The notes under the pieces are model-generated. The model searched no databases. It had not been told where the DNA came from and worked only from the letters and a program-made list of their open reading frames with translations. Of a stretch of DNA of 64,000 bases, positions 12,939 to 26,251 are shown in pieces. Numbering within the stretch: the stretch's first letter is position 1; the number at the start of each line of letters is the position of its first letter. This DNA comes from Lepidodermella squamata (Eukaryota; Animalia; Gastrotricha), in NCBI GenBank assembly GCA_047495785.1, contig JBLDXI010000061.1, positions 1-64,000 on the forward strand, written 5' to 3'. The position numbers were made by a program, and so were the translations under genes.

Positions 12939-13513
12939 CATAGAGCTAGTTTTAAGATAGAGGTCCTACTCCTGACTAAGGCTGTAAACGCCATGGGCAC
13001 CAGATGTTGTGATGAATCAGCATCGAGTGGTTGGAAAAGTAAACAAATCAGGTGATTTTCGATCGCTCATTATTCTTGAACGATTAGTCATAGTAAACAA
13101 TTCCCGGCAGATCCAGGTAGCTGTTGAAACGATGAACAGATTGATTATTTTTTCGAAATTTTAACTATTTTTGAAATGGGGGAAAATCGCAAATAATGAG
13201 ATTGATCAATTAATAAAATATGACAACTGCCAATAAGAAGGTGAAATTGAAGGGTATTTTTAATGGACCAGGTAATTCTGATCACGCTCTACAATTCGAT
13301 GCTTGGAGCGAGCTTGGAAGATTTTTTTCAGATTTTCTAGAATTTTGTATTCATTGAATGAATGGTTTTTCACTACATTTTGACTCTGATCCAGCTCCGG
13401 ACTCAATCCAGCCCCACCATGTGCACATGGCGCACGTGCTGTCAACAAAGATTCTGGATAGAATCCAACCGCCTAGTCAGGAGTAGGACCTCTATCTTAA
13501 AACTAGCTCTATG
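12939..13513. mobile_element. Non-autonomous DNA transposon with 8-bp TSD (hAT/P-like)
   Basis: ~40-bp TIR CATAGAGCTAGTTTTAAGATAGAGGTCCTACTCCTGACTA. TSD GTAACAAC at 12931-38 and 13514-21. It interrupts an EGF-exon relic (12890-13625). Confidence 0.9.
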
Positions 13514-13625
13514 GTAACAACACCATGGTTTACATAAGGTGATACTTTCGCTCGTAATAACGTGTGATTATCATGTGTAAAGCCAACAACACGCCGGCTT
13601 GACAATTAGCTGGCAACATAGACAA

Positions 13626-14040
13626 CACTGTAACAGATAGCCCATATAGAATGATCGTTTGCTTCCTAACTGAGATAGGAAGCAAACGATCATTCGATAT
13701 TGAATTTATTCGAACTGAATTAGGTGCTTCAAGCTAAGAGTGCGGCACGCGACCAATTTTTATGCCACCTATAATAATGTTAATTAATTTTGAAAATCGA
13801 CAGACCAAGTAAGCATTTTCAAATTTTTTGAGTTTTAGAAGAAAAATACCAACCCAGGTACATCTTGTAGGCTCGCATGGTTGCCGCCGAAAGTTTGCCA
13901 TTTTTCTGCCGCGGTTGGCTCATCCAGAATAACTTTGAAAATTCTAAGAAAAATATTTTGTCCATATTGAGAATGTCCTCTATATCCAACGATATAAAAT
14001 TTGTCCGGTAACTATTTTATTTTGATTTTCCGATATTGTA
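13626..14040. mobile_element. CACTG-terminated (CMC/EnSpm-like) element fragment with an internal hairpin; related fragment at ~29010-29413
   Basis: Begins CACTGTAACAGATAG, while 29413 ends ...CTATCCGTTACAGTG. Shared internal block TTGTAGGCTCGCATG...TTGGCTCATCC.GAA. 20-bp-stem hairpin at 13649-13695. Confidence 0.5.
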
Positions 14041-14060
14041 TGGTTGTATTGTCAACATCG

Positions 14061-14250
14061 TTAGCGACGTTGAATAACTCGGATTTCGGCTGGTTTACAT
14101 CCGTTTCATGTTTCATGAAGGGAGGTGACAGGTAAAAAGGCCTTTGTTTTACCTCTTCATTCATGTCAAAAAACGCCGCCTTTTACTTGTAACCCGCCAC
14201 CTTGAAACAGATGTAAACAAGCCTAAATCCGAGTTATTCAAGGACGCTAA
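14061..14250. mobile_element. MITE (PIF/Harbinger-like), same family as 49805-49988
   Basis: TIR AGCG(A/T)CGTTGAATAACTCGGATT with TTA/TAA-type flanks. Confidence 0.7.
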
Positions 14251-15840
14251 CAATGTCTCAACAAAGTCAACTCGGACTTTGAATTCGCGTTTCTCGGTGC
14301 GTTGCTTTATTCAGAGATGTTGACAGCAAAAAGTAATTTTTCGAGCCCTAAAATATCGGATAATCGAAATAAAATTTGATTAAAATTTCCTGACCCCCGA
14401 CCAGCCGTTGATTGCAACGAGCATTGAGAGTTAGGGAAATCGGATCCTTTACCTTCTACGTCTATGTCATCATAACGAGGTCGAAAACGGGGCGCAAGCA
14501 CTGGGAGAGCGGCACCGAGCCCATCGAAGCTGTAAACCTTTTCAGCTGCAAAGGCCAATATGCGCAGGAAGAAAGTTGGTATTCCAGATTCCAGTTGTTG
14601 GTATTCGAACCATCCGGCTTCGAATGCGACATCTGAGATGTTTTCAGCTAAATATCTTCATATTGCTCTTGTTAATAATTTCTTTCCGGTACCGATTGTG
14701 TTTCAAGTAGTAACTTAATCTTTTACCCGCGTGCTGATTGGTCAATTTATCGTTGCTATGACTCCGGGATGAAACAATTAAGTCGTGCGATCCACTAATA
14801 AATTAGTTTATATTCATACAAAAATGACCTTGAAAATATACATTTTAGCTTACAATTCTACGGTCCGGAGAAAATGAAAAACTCCAAAGGCAGCGCAATT
14901 AATTTCTAAATTTAGTAATAGTATTGTGCAATTCATGACTGATCCCGTAGGGGCGGCAACCTTAATAGAACTTACCGCAGTCTATGAATTTGGGTTTCTT
15001 TAGTCGACCTTCTCGGAACAGTTCGGGGAACAGCAGCTATTAGACTGAATATCGATACACAAACCAAATCTGTTATGCGAAGCACTCTCGGATTTTTTAT
15101 TATAATTCTTTGAGGCTTATATAGCCAAGAGGACGCCAAATTAGAGAAGTTATAATGATGTGTGTCACGTGATATTGCTGTCACGAGCGCTAGCTAACAT
15201 TGAGAATGAACTAATGATAATAATTGGGACAGGTAACATAGCGATCATCTCAATGGCCGTGGTTATTAGCCGTAAAGGTTCAGCAGAAAAGATTAAGGCG
15301 GGGAAATTCGGTACAAGACGAACACCGATAATCAATCATAAGATTATCTTGACTTTCCTCTATGAATTCCTATTGCTTGAAACCGCAAAAAACATTATGC
15401 TACTGCTATAGCTACGAAATTAAAAAGCTACAAAATATTAAAATAAAATTTTTAAACGGATGTGTCAAATTCGAATTTTAAGCTGATTGGGTAATTTTGG
15501 CCCGCATGGAACTACGATGGGCTCGGCATTGTCGTTGCTTGGTTCATCCCTTGGGTTCATCCCAGGTCTACGCAATGGTGAATGAGGAGCAGTTAACAGG
15601 CACCGAATTGCAGCCTATGCTGACTACAATTCACCTGCCTGAAAAAAACATCAACAGCACATGTAGCAAACACGTATTAGCCATCGCCTTTATACTCATA
15701 TACAAGCGTAGGAGCATAAACGCGTATATGCCAATATGCCAGAATCTGCTTTCTACATATAAAAGTGAACAAAAACACATAGTAGACGTATAGCTCAAGG
15801 CATTGGCATCTACTGCTATTATGGTGCTATGAAAGCCAGA

Positions 15841-18800
15841 ATGGTGCAGAGATTTGAATCGTTTGCAGAGTTCACCAAAATCAAACGCTTGGGCAGTGGC
15901 GCTTTTGGATCAGTTTGGCATTGCCAAGCTAAAGACGATTTCGCGGACTACGCTGTTAAGGTGGTAAATCTCAGCGCGACTCGACGCAAGTACCGACAAA
16001 ATCCGGATATGGCTGAGAGCTACGTCAAATTAGGCCGCACTGAGGTTTTTAGTCAGCGATATTTTCAATACTGATCTTACTGATTCTGCCCAACAGCATG
16101 TCAAACTGCTAAGTTTGAGGCACGCCAACATAGTGTCATTTTACGATGCTTTTGAAGGTTGGGTAAAACTCTAATTGTAAATTTTAATATGAAGTACGTT
16201 CTACCAATTTTTTCCAGAACCTTTGGTTGAACTAGATGATTCAAACCAACATGACTGGCATCTGGACGATGAGATGTACTACCTCGTCATGGAGTTTTGT
16301 CCCGGCGGAGATTTAGAAGAATACATAAAACGAACTAATGAGGCAAATGCGAAAATTCCAGAAGATTTGCTTCGCGAGTGGGCTGGGCAACTTGTTTCGG
16401 CAATAAATTGTCTGCATAAATGTTTCGCGCTCCATCGCGATATCAAGCCGAAGAATATTTTCCTCACAGCCGATGGTAAAACAGTCAAGCTGGGCGATTT
16501 TGGATTCGCCAAAATCTACCAAGGGTTAGCCTTTTCTACTGTGGTGCACATCTAACGCTCTTCTGTTTCAGATCGAGTAGCACTACAACTCTGGGCCTCG
16601 GAACCCCTATCTACGCCGCGCCTGAAATTTTTAACAATGAGCAGCACTCGCCGGCCAGTGATTGGTGGTCTCTTGGAGTCACGCTGTTTGAGCTAGCTAA
16701 TTTCCGCCTACCTGTAAATGATTATATATTTAAAGGTTTTGTCATGAAGTTACTTTGTTTCGTCTTGCAGTTCAAAACAACATACGAGATCATTTTGTAA
16801 GTTCAAGACCTTTTACTCCTTGTCCAAATGTCTGCTAGAACCATGGCTAAACATACAATGCGTTTCAGAATTATGTGCCTAGTACAGTGCTCCCTCGATA
16901 TAAGCAAGGGGGCGGGGTCCACGCGATTGCTCTTATCGAGGGTTGCTCTTATAGAGGGCTGTTAAAGAGCTAGCAATGAATCATAAGTGCGTCGCCAGGT
17001 TTTTTTCTCAGTTGCTAGGGCGACGTTGATTTTACTGGTTAGCCATATCCAAGATAATCTGGTGTAGATTAATTCAATGATTTTAGATGTGGTCGATAGT
17101 ATTATTTGATATGCAAAGTTTGGTCATTTGAATTCCAATCATTTTAAGCTGGCTGAAAATTTTTCAAAATTTTCCAAACCATTTCTGAAACATATTTCAT
17201 TGAATAATTCCTTCATTTATGATCATGACCATTCGGATGTGTGAATGTACCCAGCCATATTTGATAGCCATTAATTATCTGAATTTAATTTATTTGATCC
17301 AATTCTGAAATTTGAAGGTTAACAAAGCTTAAAAGCCTTCATTTGTATTCAATGTAGCAATTAAATTTGATTCAAAGACAAACCATGAATCCACTAGCAG
17401 ATAAGCGAACAATTTTTGGTAAAATTCGGCTAGAAGGCTGTGATGCCCACAACCCATCCAAAGTTGAAATTAATCTTTTCTCATAAATCCGTGACAAAAA
17501 AAACTGAAGGAGTCGGAGGCGAACCTTGCTTGGGAATCCTGTCCAAAGTTTGCTTGAATCTTCAGTCGAAGATGCATCCTTACTTTATTTTTTCAGAATT
17601 CTATTTCAGAAATTCTAATGAATTAACACAGATTCACGGCAATTCCTCGTGATGTGTTTTTGATGGAATCGAAAAAGCTTGAATGCCACCTTCATCTGCT
17701 CTCAGCACTGCAGTCAAACATTAGATAATTAGCGGTGTGCTTTTTATCGCTCATTTCAATCATTTTTCCTGACACGTAATCACTACCATTCTCTAAATCA
17801 TCTCATCAATTACTAGTAGTATTGTTTGTGAATGAAAAAATACGAGAGACCAAACGCGCGCGCACGATCTCAATCTTGAAGTGCTGAGATAAAAAACATC
17901 GATCTGTAAAGATCAAAGATGAAGAGATCACGGCGCGCCGCTGTCAAACTCAAAAATTGGAAACGCCAGGAGCAGCGTTACAATTTTGTTGCTAACGTAA
18001 ACAAATTTTTCACGTAAATTAAAAATTATCATGTAAAAAATTTTAATTTGTCGAAAAATAATTTTTCAACAAATAAAATTAACGGAATTCAAAAAAAGTT
18101 GCTAGTAGCGAGGGATTGCTCTTATCGGGGTTGCTTATATCGAGGGAGCACTGTACTTCCTTGTTTGTGTATTTTTTTTCTTATGTTGTGAATATTCACA
18201 CATTCACAAAGCTGTTGCTATCATTATTACCAGGTCACCAATGCGCATATAAGCAAAACGTGGAGAATGGAGCGATTTTTGCGATAATATCGCGAGGACT
18301 AACTCTCTTGACCAGCCAATGCATTCATATGAGAGCTAGAAGCCACAATCCGAATCAGCAATTAATATTAGGTTTCAATTAAGTTAATTACCATCTTTTA
18401 AAATTAATTTAAAACCGCTTAAATTGAAAGTAAGCACTCCCATATCCCACAGCTGATTAAGTTGATTTTATGGAATAAAAAAGAAATCACCTATGGTTCC
18501 TACATCTCCTCATTCATTTCTCGAAATTGCAAGAACATTTTAATTTCATGATGAAATATCGCATTAAAAATTAGTTAAATTAAATGCTCACTGACATTCT
18601 TATTCGCATCACTTTCTTAATGAAGAAGAAAAAAATGCTAATGAGCCCCCCGCTAAACATCGTTAAGGGATAGCAATGATGCCATTTTTATGAGGCTGCA
18701 ATAAAAAAGGTATGTTCGTATTCCAGTGCGCGGAAACATAGAAGTGTCGGGCAGATAATTTTGAAACGCACGGTAGAAGTTTGCTCATTGATTTATGTCT

Positions 18801-20065
18801 CTCGTGTTCAGAGACTCGACGGAGCCAACATTTGACGATGATTGTCGATTGTCTCCAGAGTTTCGTGACTTCGTTTTATCCATGCTTCGGAAAGAGAAAC
18901 TACTACGAGCCACAGGAGATGATTTGCTCAAGAGACCCTTTTTGACGCTGAAACCGGGGGTCAGCATCGTAACTACAACCATTCCAACGCAAGATACCAA
19001 CGCTGTAATTGCTGCAAGAGAAGCTTTAGAGGCAAGTGCATAAGCAGTACACTGATCAATACTCTATATCTTTTTTTACAGTTGCTTTTCAAATACTCGA
19101 TGCAACGAACAATGTTGCCCGATATTGAAAAATTGCTGGAGGATCAGCGCTTAAATGTGGACGTGAATAGCCGAAACGATGACGGCTTCACGCCGCTGAT
19201 GATTGCAGCTCAAATGGGATTCCATGAATTTATGACGCCACTGGTGGTTAAGCATGGAGCCAACGTGGAATTGAGGGACAATTACGGCAAAACAGCAATT
19301 TACATGGCGGCTAAAAATGGGCACCACAAAGTAGTGGAAGTTCTTGCCAAAGCATTGGGCGCTAATGTTGAAGCAGCTAGTGATAGCGGAGCGACGCCTT
19401 TATTAGTCGCTGCTAAAAATGGCCACTTGGAAATTGTGAAGCTACTCGCTGGAGAGTTCAAAGCAGATGTGAATGCAGCGACGAATGATGGTGCTTCGCC
19501 ACTATTAGCTGCTGCTCATAAAGGCCACTTGGAAATTGTGAAGCTACTTGCTGGAGAGTTCAAAGCAGATGTGAATGCAGCAATGAAACATGGTGCTTCA
19601 CCGCTATTAGCTGCTGTTCATAAAGGCCACTTGGAAATTGTGAAGCTACTCGCTGGAGAGTTCAAAGCAGATGTGAATGCAACGATGAATGATGGTGATT
19701 CACCGCTATATATCGCTGCTCGAAAAGGCCACTTGGAAATTGTGAAGCTACTCGCTGGAGAGTTCAAAGCAGATGTGAATGCCGCGACGAAAGAGGGTGT
19801 TTCACCGCTATATATCGCAGCTCAAAATGGCCACTCGGAAATTGTAAAAGTTTTAGTTTATGAATTCCATGCAGATGTTTGGTCAGATGATGGGTCGTCG
19901 TTGGTGCTCGCATCCGAAAAGGGTTATCGCCGCGTTATTGAATCTTTATTGAAGGTGCCTGACATAAAAGTTGATTCCGAAATGCATGTAATGGGAGTTT
20001 CGGCTCTATCACCAGTCTATCATCCTATTTCGAAAAATATACAAAAAACGAATAATTTACATTAG
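15841..20065 (+). CDS. NEK-like Ser/Thr kinase-ankyrin repeat protein, copy K1 (8 ANK plus a truncated cap; possibly decaying)
   Basis: GSGAFGSV, AVK, HRDIKPKN, DFG, GTPIYAAPE and SDWWSLG motifs over six exons. Intron 5 (16797-18811) is enlarged by TEs. Ankyrin exon 19082-20065. Homology to K2 stops at ~20011. Confidence 0.8.
16856..18773. mobile_element. Tc1/mariner-type non-autonomous element in K1 intron 5
   Basis: Imperfect ~24-bp TIR CAATGCGTTTCAGAATTATGTGCC / CCGTGCGTTTCAAAATTATCTGCC. TA duplicated. The empty site ACATAGAAGT is seen in K2 (43291-43300). Confidence 0.8.
16885..18153. mobile_element. Nested pogo/Tigger-like element
   Basis: Perfect 23-bp TIR CAGTGCTCCCTCGATATAAGCAA, TA TSD, subterminal TTGCTCTTAT repeats. 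Confidence 0.88.
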
Positions 20066-20125
20066 TTTAGGGCTGAGTCTCCTAATGATGCATAAATGAG
20101 GGGTCAACATTTTGAAAAGTTGTTT

Positions 20126-20128
<3 letters not shown>

Positions 20129-20209
<81 letters not shown>
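20129..20209. repeat. (ATT)27 microsatellite
   Basis: Read directly from the sequence. Confidence 0.97.
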
Positions 20210-20279
20210 TCTATTCTAAGTTATGTCTACCGATGTCCCGTTTCGGGCGATTTGATCGAAAACGGGGTTTCTGTAAATT

Positions 20280-20705
20280 TCTACTGCATTCAAATTGATA
20301 AAAATCTGAATTTCGAAAGCCACTGTGCTATCTTTAGAAGCAAATGCGCTCAATTAATTGGTTATATTTTTAAAGCTTTCACATCTGAATCTATGCGCTT
20401 ACAAGCCTATAAGACCTATGTGCTACCTATATTGTTTTCGCTATATTGTAAAAAATCCTAATGATACGTTCCGAAATGCTACCAAACCAGCGTATAAAAA
20501 TTTCTTTCTTAATCGTAACATTGATATATGGAATAATCTGATTCTCTCCCTGTTGAAATACGTAATGAAATCTCCAAAAGAAATATTTTCCGCGTGGATC
20601 TTAACTCCTATATAAAATGTGAACTATTACTGGGTTAGTGTTAGTGGCCTGCCCTTCTAATCCTGAAAGTAATTTCGAAATACAAGTATTATTATTATTA
20701 TTATT
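20280..20705 (+). mobile_element. Decayed LINE (CR1/L2-like) ORF2 3' fragment
   Basis: IQIDKNLNFESHC...KCAQLIGYIFKAF...LQAYKTYVLPIL and NFFLNRNIDIWNNL resemble the post-RT C-terminal motifs of CR1/L2-group LINEs. Ends in (ATT)n at 20688-20705. Confidence 0.7.
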
Positions 20706-20717
20706 AGACTACAAAAG

Positions 20718-21613
20718 GGTGTGCCGACAAATGAGTACCGCAACACTTAAGCCCCGTCACTTGCGCCCCGACAAATGAGCCCAAAAACACTTGCGCCCCG
20801 TTTTAAAAATGACACTTGAGTACGCGACTTTTGAGCCCAAATTAAAATATTCAGGGGCGACATTTGCACACACGACAGATGCGCCCAGCGACACTTGAGT
20901 TCAGCCCGCGACATTTGCGCCCTATTTATCTGCGACATTTGCGCCCAGATATACCGTATTTGTGCCTATAGCAGCCCGGGCTACTAAAATTTCAACCTAG
21001 AAATTTTGAAATTTTTTTGATATCTTTGATATTATTTGTTTGCCTTCGCATAATTTAAAATAGCTCCTGAACCAAGAGGAAAAATGTGATGCGGTTTTTA
21101 CCAGGCGATAGATCTGAGAGCGCGGTAAACTTAAGAGCTTTGGATTCGTGAGAGAAAACAGGTGAAAACGACTTTGGTTGAAAATTTCCATTTTTGAATG
21201 CTATTTTGGGGTCCACAACACGCAGAACCCAATCGCTGGTTATTTCCCCAACTTCCATTGAGGGTAACGCTAACGAAAACCGCTATGATAGAGATAGAGA
21301 TAGCATAACTTAATGGAAGTTGGGAAAATAACCAGCGATTGGGTTCTGCGGGTTGTGGACCCCAAAATAGCATTCAAAAATGAAAATGGTCATTACATTT
21401 GCGACCTGTACTCCTTTCCCGTTATTTCTATCTATTTATTTAACTTCGGCGACAGTTGAGCCCTGGGCGCAAGTGTTCCAGGACGCAAGTTGAAATAAAT
21501 TTATTATTTTTATAAATGGGCGCAAGTTAAAGCTGGGCGCAAATGTCGGTACTCAATTGTCGGGGCGCAAGTGTCGCGGCGCAAGTGTCGCGGTACTCAA
21601 ATGTTAGGCGACC
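20718..21613. mobile_element. Foldback/MULE-like non-autonomous element with modular subterminal repeats; contains an inner IR at 21189-21382
   Basis: Direct repeat (C)TACAAAAG(G) at both ends. Inverted arrays of CGACA(C/T)TTGCGCC. Inner ~70-bp inverted repeat. Confidence 0.75.
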
Positions 21614-22129
21614 TACAAAAGGCGTGCCTACCCACTAACAAACAAAAATGACAATAAAAATTGAAAAATCTATAAACTTGTGTGAAAAAAAATATATATA
21701 AAAAAAATTCTGAAAAATACTCAAAAAAAATGAAAAAATGAAAGAAAATTATAATGAAACTATGCTGTGTGATTGTATACGTTCTAATTCATTGTACGAA
21801 CCAACTCTTATATATATTTTTTGTGCATATATGTGCCTATGTAATCAGTGTGTGCATAATATTACTAAAAGATATTAGATATGATTGAATAGTAATAAAG
21901 CAGAAAAAAAAAATTTACGCAACAACTCTCTAACTAAATATACGGAACGAAATATAACCAATTCTCATTCACGTTTATTGCTAATTAAAAATTTTGTAAA
22001 TGCTTGGCGCCTTCGGGCTGGCATATTATATCGAAATAATGAGAAAATAAAATAATCATGTTGTTGTTGTTGTTGTTATTATTATTATTGTTGATGTTGA
22101 GTTTTCAAATTTCTTTATTTTTTTCTACA

Positions 22130-22411
22130 AAGTATGCTCCTTTTCATAGTTTACAACAAACCTAATGCCGTCGTGACTGCAAAAAGTTTTCCTTAGGAGG
22201 ATTGTTAATTTCTGGAATAACCTGAATTTTAACACTATTAATGCTAGCTTGAACATGTTTAAAAACACCATAATGTCAAGTGATTGTTCGAAATTTCTTA
22301 CCTCATCAGTGAGGCGCCAGCTCTAATATTTCTTTGTTTTCTTATCATTTTGCTATAATTGCCTCGGCGATGGTTGCAAGTAACATTAAAATAAAAATAA
22401 AATAAATAAAA
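22130..22411 (+). mobile_element. Second LINE 3'-end relic
   Basis: Reads KVFLRRIVNFWNNL...NASLNMFKNHI, followed by an (AAAAT)n tail at ~22388-22411. Confidence 0.6.
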
Positions 22412-22771
22412 TTCTGACATCGGAATCGTGATCTACGTGGTCGATTTACCCTATCCAGCCAGGACAAAATCATGAGACGCAGTATAACTGAATGAACACA
22501 GCTTTACTGTTGGCTACGCTTTTAGGCCCTGTAATATTTTCCAGAGTAATTCGCTTTTGTCGGATCGGAGCGCAGGTGCCCGCATAACAGGAAAAATAGC
22601 CAGCTTTTGAGGTGGTAGTAGTGACGTCACTGCTTCCTCATTTCGTCAGTTCGTTACTCTGTTATTCCCGAAAAAGCTAACACACTTCAAAAAATAAGAG
22701 AGACAGTTGCAGCCGAACTCAAAAACTATTGGTTCAGTTTTGAGACCCACGATGCGATGCCGCTATACAAT

Positions 22772-22918
22772 CAGGGTGCGAAGTACAGGGGTGCCTAACC
22801 GGGACTTTAATCAGAGGAAGGCTGAATAAAACCACAGGGGGACCCTTTGGTTTCGTCGGCTGGGTCGTAGAAAACAAGTAAAAAATACCTTAGCTCCCGG
22901 ATCCTACTTCGCACACTG
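22772..22918. mobile_element. hAT-type MITE; family members at 50889-51044 and a fragment at 28851
   Basis: TIR CAG(G/T)GTGCGAAGTA with perfect 8-bp TSD TATACAAT. Confidence 0.9.
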
Positions 22919-24029
22919 TATACAATGGGTGGTTTCGATCAAATGTTCGTAGCTACCGAATCTTCCTTACTAAAGATGACATACAGGTAGGTTCAGGATC
23001 AGTTTCATCAAATTACTCACTTCTTTTGCTCAGGGGCCTTCTTATCGGAAGCATCAGCAGCTTTCACCTGTTCCATTAACGCCAACATAGCCTCATCGTT
23101 ATGCCAGATCGAGCTCGGCGTGTCGACTTTAGGGTTGAACTGATTTCGAAACTTTTCTTTGAGCTTGGCCTTTCAGTTGCTCAATATCGATCTTGGGTGC
23201 TTCGACGGCATCGCCGACAGCAGCCTCTTGGTTAACAACTACTGGATCAACTTCCTCCATTTAAAAATGAATTATGACTCTAAGGGACTACTTTGCGCCT
23301 TGACTTGTTATTTTCAGAAACATCTGTTAAGCGTAATCACTCAAAAACACCATCTGGCTCACATTACATAGCTGTTTTCATTTAAATGCCATTAAAAGTT
23401 AACTCTAAATATCTAATGTCAACATCAAACGTGTTAAGTCGACATTACATAGGCTGGGTCTATGTAAAGTTAACATTACATAAAAATCGACATTATATAC
23501 GACATATACGAATTAATCACGGCTGCGTGATTAAACAACGTGTTAAATTAAATTGAATTGTATACTGGTTGAACTTTGAATGATGGACTGCCTAAGGAAT
23601 TGCGCCTGTAAAAAAAACGAATGAAACATAATTTGAAAAAGCAGGATCTTGAACCGTGGAGGTAGGTAAGGATTAATCTTTGTCAGCCTTCACCCTTTTC
23701 AAAACCGGAAACGGTAAATGACGGCAGTCTAGGAGGGGTTAATTAAAAACTATTGTTATTTTAATTTATCTGCCTAGACACCATGGATATGCTTTTTCTC
23801 ATCCAGATTTTAAGTAGAGAATGTGTTTTTCTTCAGGAAATAACCAAACATATAGGAACAGGAATCCTGAACTTGTGCTTCGTGCGAAAACTCGATTTCA
23901 GCGCTTGAATCTCGTTTCAGCCCTTATCATCGTTAGGGATTCCATTTCGCATTGTTTTCTGAACACTAGTGTATCCATCTGTCCATTTATCTGACCATTT
24001 GTCCCAAAGTAACATAGACATCTTTCAAG

Positions 24030-24660
24030 TCCTTGCCTCCATAACAACAAAAGGATTTACATTTTTCGTAAATACACCATGGTTTACATACGGTTTTACT
24101 TTTGCTGGTAATAACGTGTATTCATGATGTTTAAAGCTACCAACACACACCGGCTTGTCAAAATGGTTACACACTACACACAACGTGCTCGGATAGCATT
24201 ATAACAAAAGCCATTAGCTTGCAGCTTTCACTATCAATTTTCGATCACGTAGCTACGAACTACGAGCACACCAAACGAGACAATTGTTTTGCGACGACTG
24301 TGTTGCCTTGCGACTCCAGATAGACTAAACCTCTCACATCAACTTCAACCTTCAATCAATTTTGCAGTTGTCTTGACCTGAAGAGGCCTGTTCCTCGCCT
24401 TGCAAGGGCTCTAGCGTTGGAGGATCGATCAAAAGCAGCGGCCGGGATTGACTGTGGCATACGTAAGTCTAGGAATAAAATGTTGATTAAATTCAGACCT
24501 AATCCCGCGTTTATATCATGGTAATGTACCTATAAGGGCCACGAAATCAGGACTCTAAGGGACGAGTTCAAATTCCATTGTGGTTCTGGCTATTGATTAT
24601 TTGAAATGTCCTCGAAGATTACCAGGGTATATTTCATCTCGCGGAAAATTGATTTTCAAT
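24030..24660 (+). pseudogene. Decayed relic of long-form EGF-lectin exons
   Basis: ACACCGGCTTGTCAAAATGG and GACTGTGGCATACGTAAGT match the exons at 31117 and 31576. Frames are broken. Confidence 0.6.
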
Positions 24661-24810
24661 TGTGAAAATTCTGCTTTATTTTTTGTAATTGGATGGGATT
24701 AGCTACTTAGGTCGCAATACATCTTTAGTTAAAATCCCATGTGTCATTCTGACCATTAACCATTCTGAGAGAAAATTCAATTTTTATCCGCGATTTAACC
24801 GAAGAAATAC

Positions 24811-24864
<54 letters not shown>
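24811..24864. repeat. (ATA)18 microsatellite
   Basis: Read directly from the sequence. Confidence 0.95.
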
Positions 24865-25245
24865 GTTTTATTTTTCCTCTTCGAAACTGAGCGTCGTTCT
24901 TTAATCTTTACCCTTATTTTTTATCATTGGTTTTCTTTTTCCAGCGAATTTCCTTAGTAAGACCTACTTTAATTTGGTTTCTATGCACTCCGTTGATCCA
25001 TCTGGCTCGAGGTCTACCCCTGGGTGCGAACCACCCAATCAGAGGCCTCCAAATATATATTTTGTGTATTAGTCCTTCTACATCGATTTTCGAATTCTAA
25101 GACATTTTTAGATCTTGTTTTTACTTTTTCTAACTTTGAAACTATAAAAAATGTACCGAAGAAAACCCGGAAAACCCAGACTCATTCTAATATCTCAACC
25201 AAATATCCCCAGACTCATTCGATCCCTTTAACAAGTGACATACTT

Positions 25246-25583
25246 CATTGTGTGACCACTTAAAAGTCCAATCTAATGCGCACGTTGATTGGTCAATCGA
25301 TCGTTGCTATGACTCCCGGATGAAACGTTCTGTCGTGCGATCCATAAGATTTTTTGCAACAAGTGTTTTTTTCCGCAGCAATTTACCACAATTTATATGG
25401 AGTTTACGCTCGTTGTCAATGGAAACCGGGCAGAGGGTGTGGCAAGGTCATTTTTGTCATAAATATAAAATAATTTATTAGTGGATCGCACGACGGAAAT
25501 GTTTCATTTCGGAGTCATTAGCAACGATAAATTGACCAATCAGCGCGCGCGCCAAGGTTCAACTTACCAGTGGTTCCACAATG
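25246..25583. mobile_element. MITE with CA...TG ends and apparent 2-bp TSD (CMC-like); inverted copy at 45370-45708, older partial copy at ~14695-14830
   Basis: TIR CATTGTG(TG/GA)ACCACT plus long internal IRs. Flanks are TT/TT here and AT/AT in the second copy. Confidence 0.8.
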
Positions 25584-26251
25584 TTGATTATTCTTCTCGT
25601 GACTTTTGTATTTTTTCTGATTTTTTCTTGCCATCAGATTTAAGAGTTCTGAATTCTCATCTCTATACTTATGGGACGCGCTGTAGCTTCATTTCATGTC
25701 CTCCGTTCAATCAGCTAGCTAGTAATTTATAACTGTTGATAGCTAAGTGAATGAGGGCGACTTTATAGATAATTTCGGCGACAGGCGAGCAGACCTGTTA
25801 CTTGCAAACTGTTAATCGCACAAGAGTCCTCTGTCGAATGGATGTAACCCCGTAGAAAAAGTCCTCGAATTTACGAAATTGCAGGCCAAAAACTTTAATC
25901 ATAATTTATTTGACACTCATGCATGTTTTAAATAAAAGATGCGCGCATACACACACAAAAGTTCTTGTCTCAAGAAAAAAACGTGCGCATGCAGATCATT
26001 ACGTTATTATTTTATTTTTTATAAGCTTCGCCCGAGGTAGGTAGATTTTTCGGTAAGCTGTAATAATAATGAAGATATTGACAGCGCCAACTATCGTGGA
26101 AGCTTCCAATTAAATTTGCCACACAAGTACTAGAACTGGCAGAGAGAAAGCGATGCATCCATCTACATTAGCTGAAGCTAACTACTTGGTGTACAGTGGG
26201 TGTTTTCATTATCACTGACGTCTTTGTTTTCGAGAATATCATTTCCACAAA

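Noticed and set aside
14300-15340. Coding-like minus-strand pieces (also 7100-7700, 22940-23270 and 40154-40670)
   Set aside because: Interrupted by stops with no motif I could recognise. Probably old gene or TE relics, not supportable without a search.
20096-20461. 121-aa ORF with a poly-Ile tract
   Set aside because: It is an (ATT)27 microsatellite fused to a LINE relic, not a gene.
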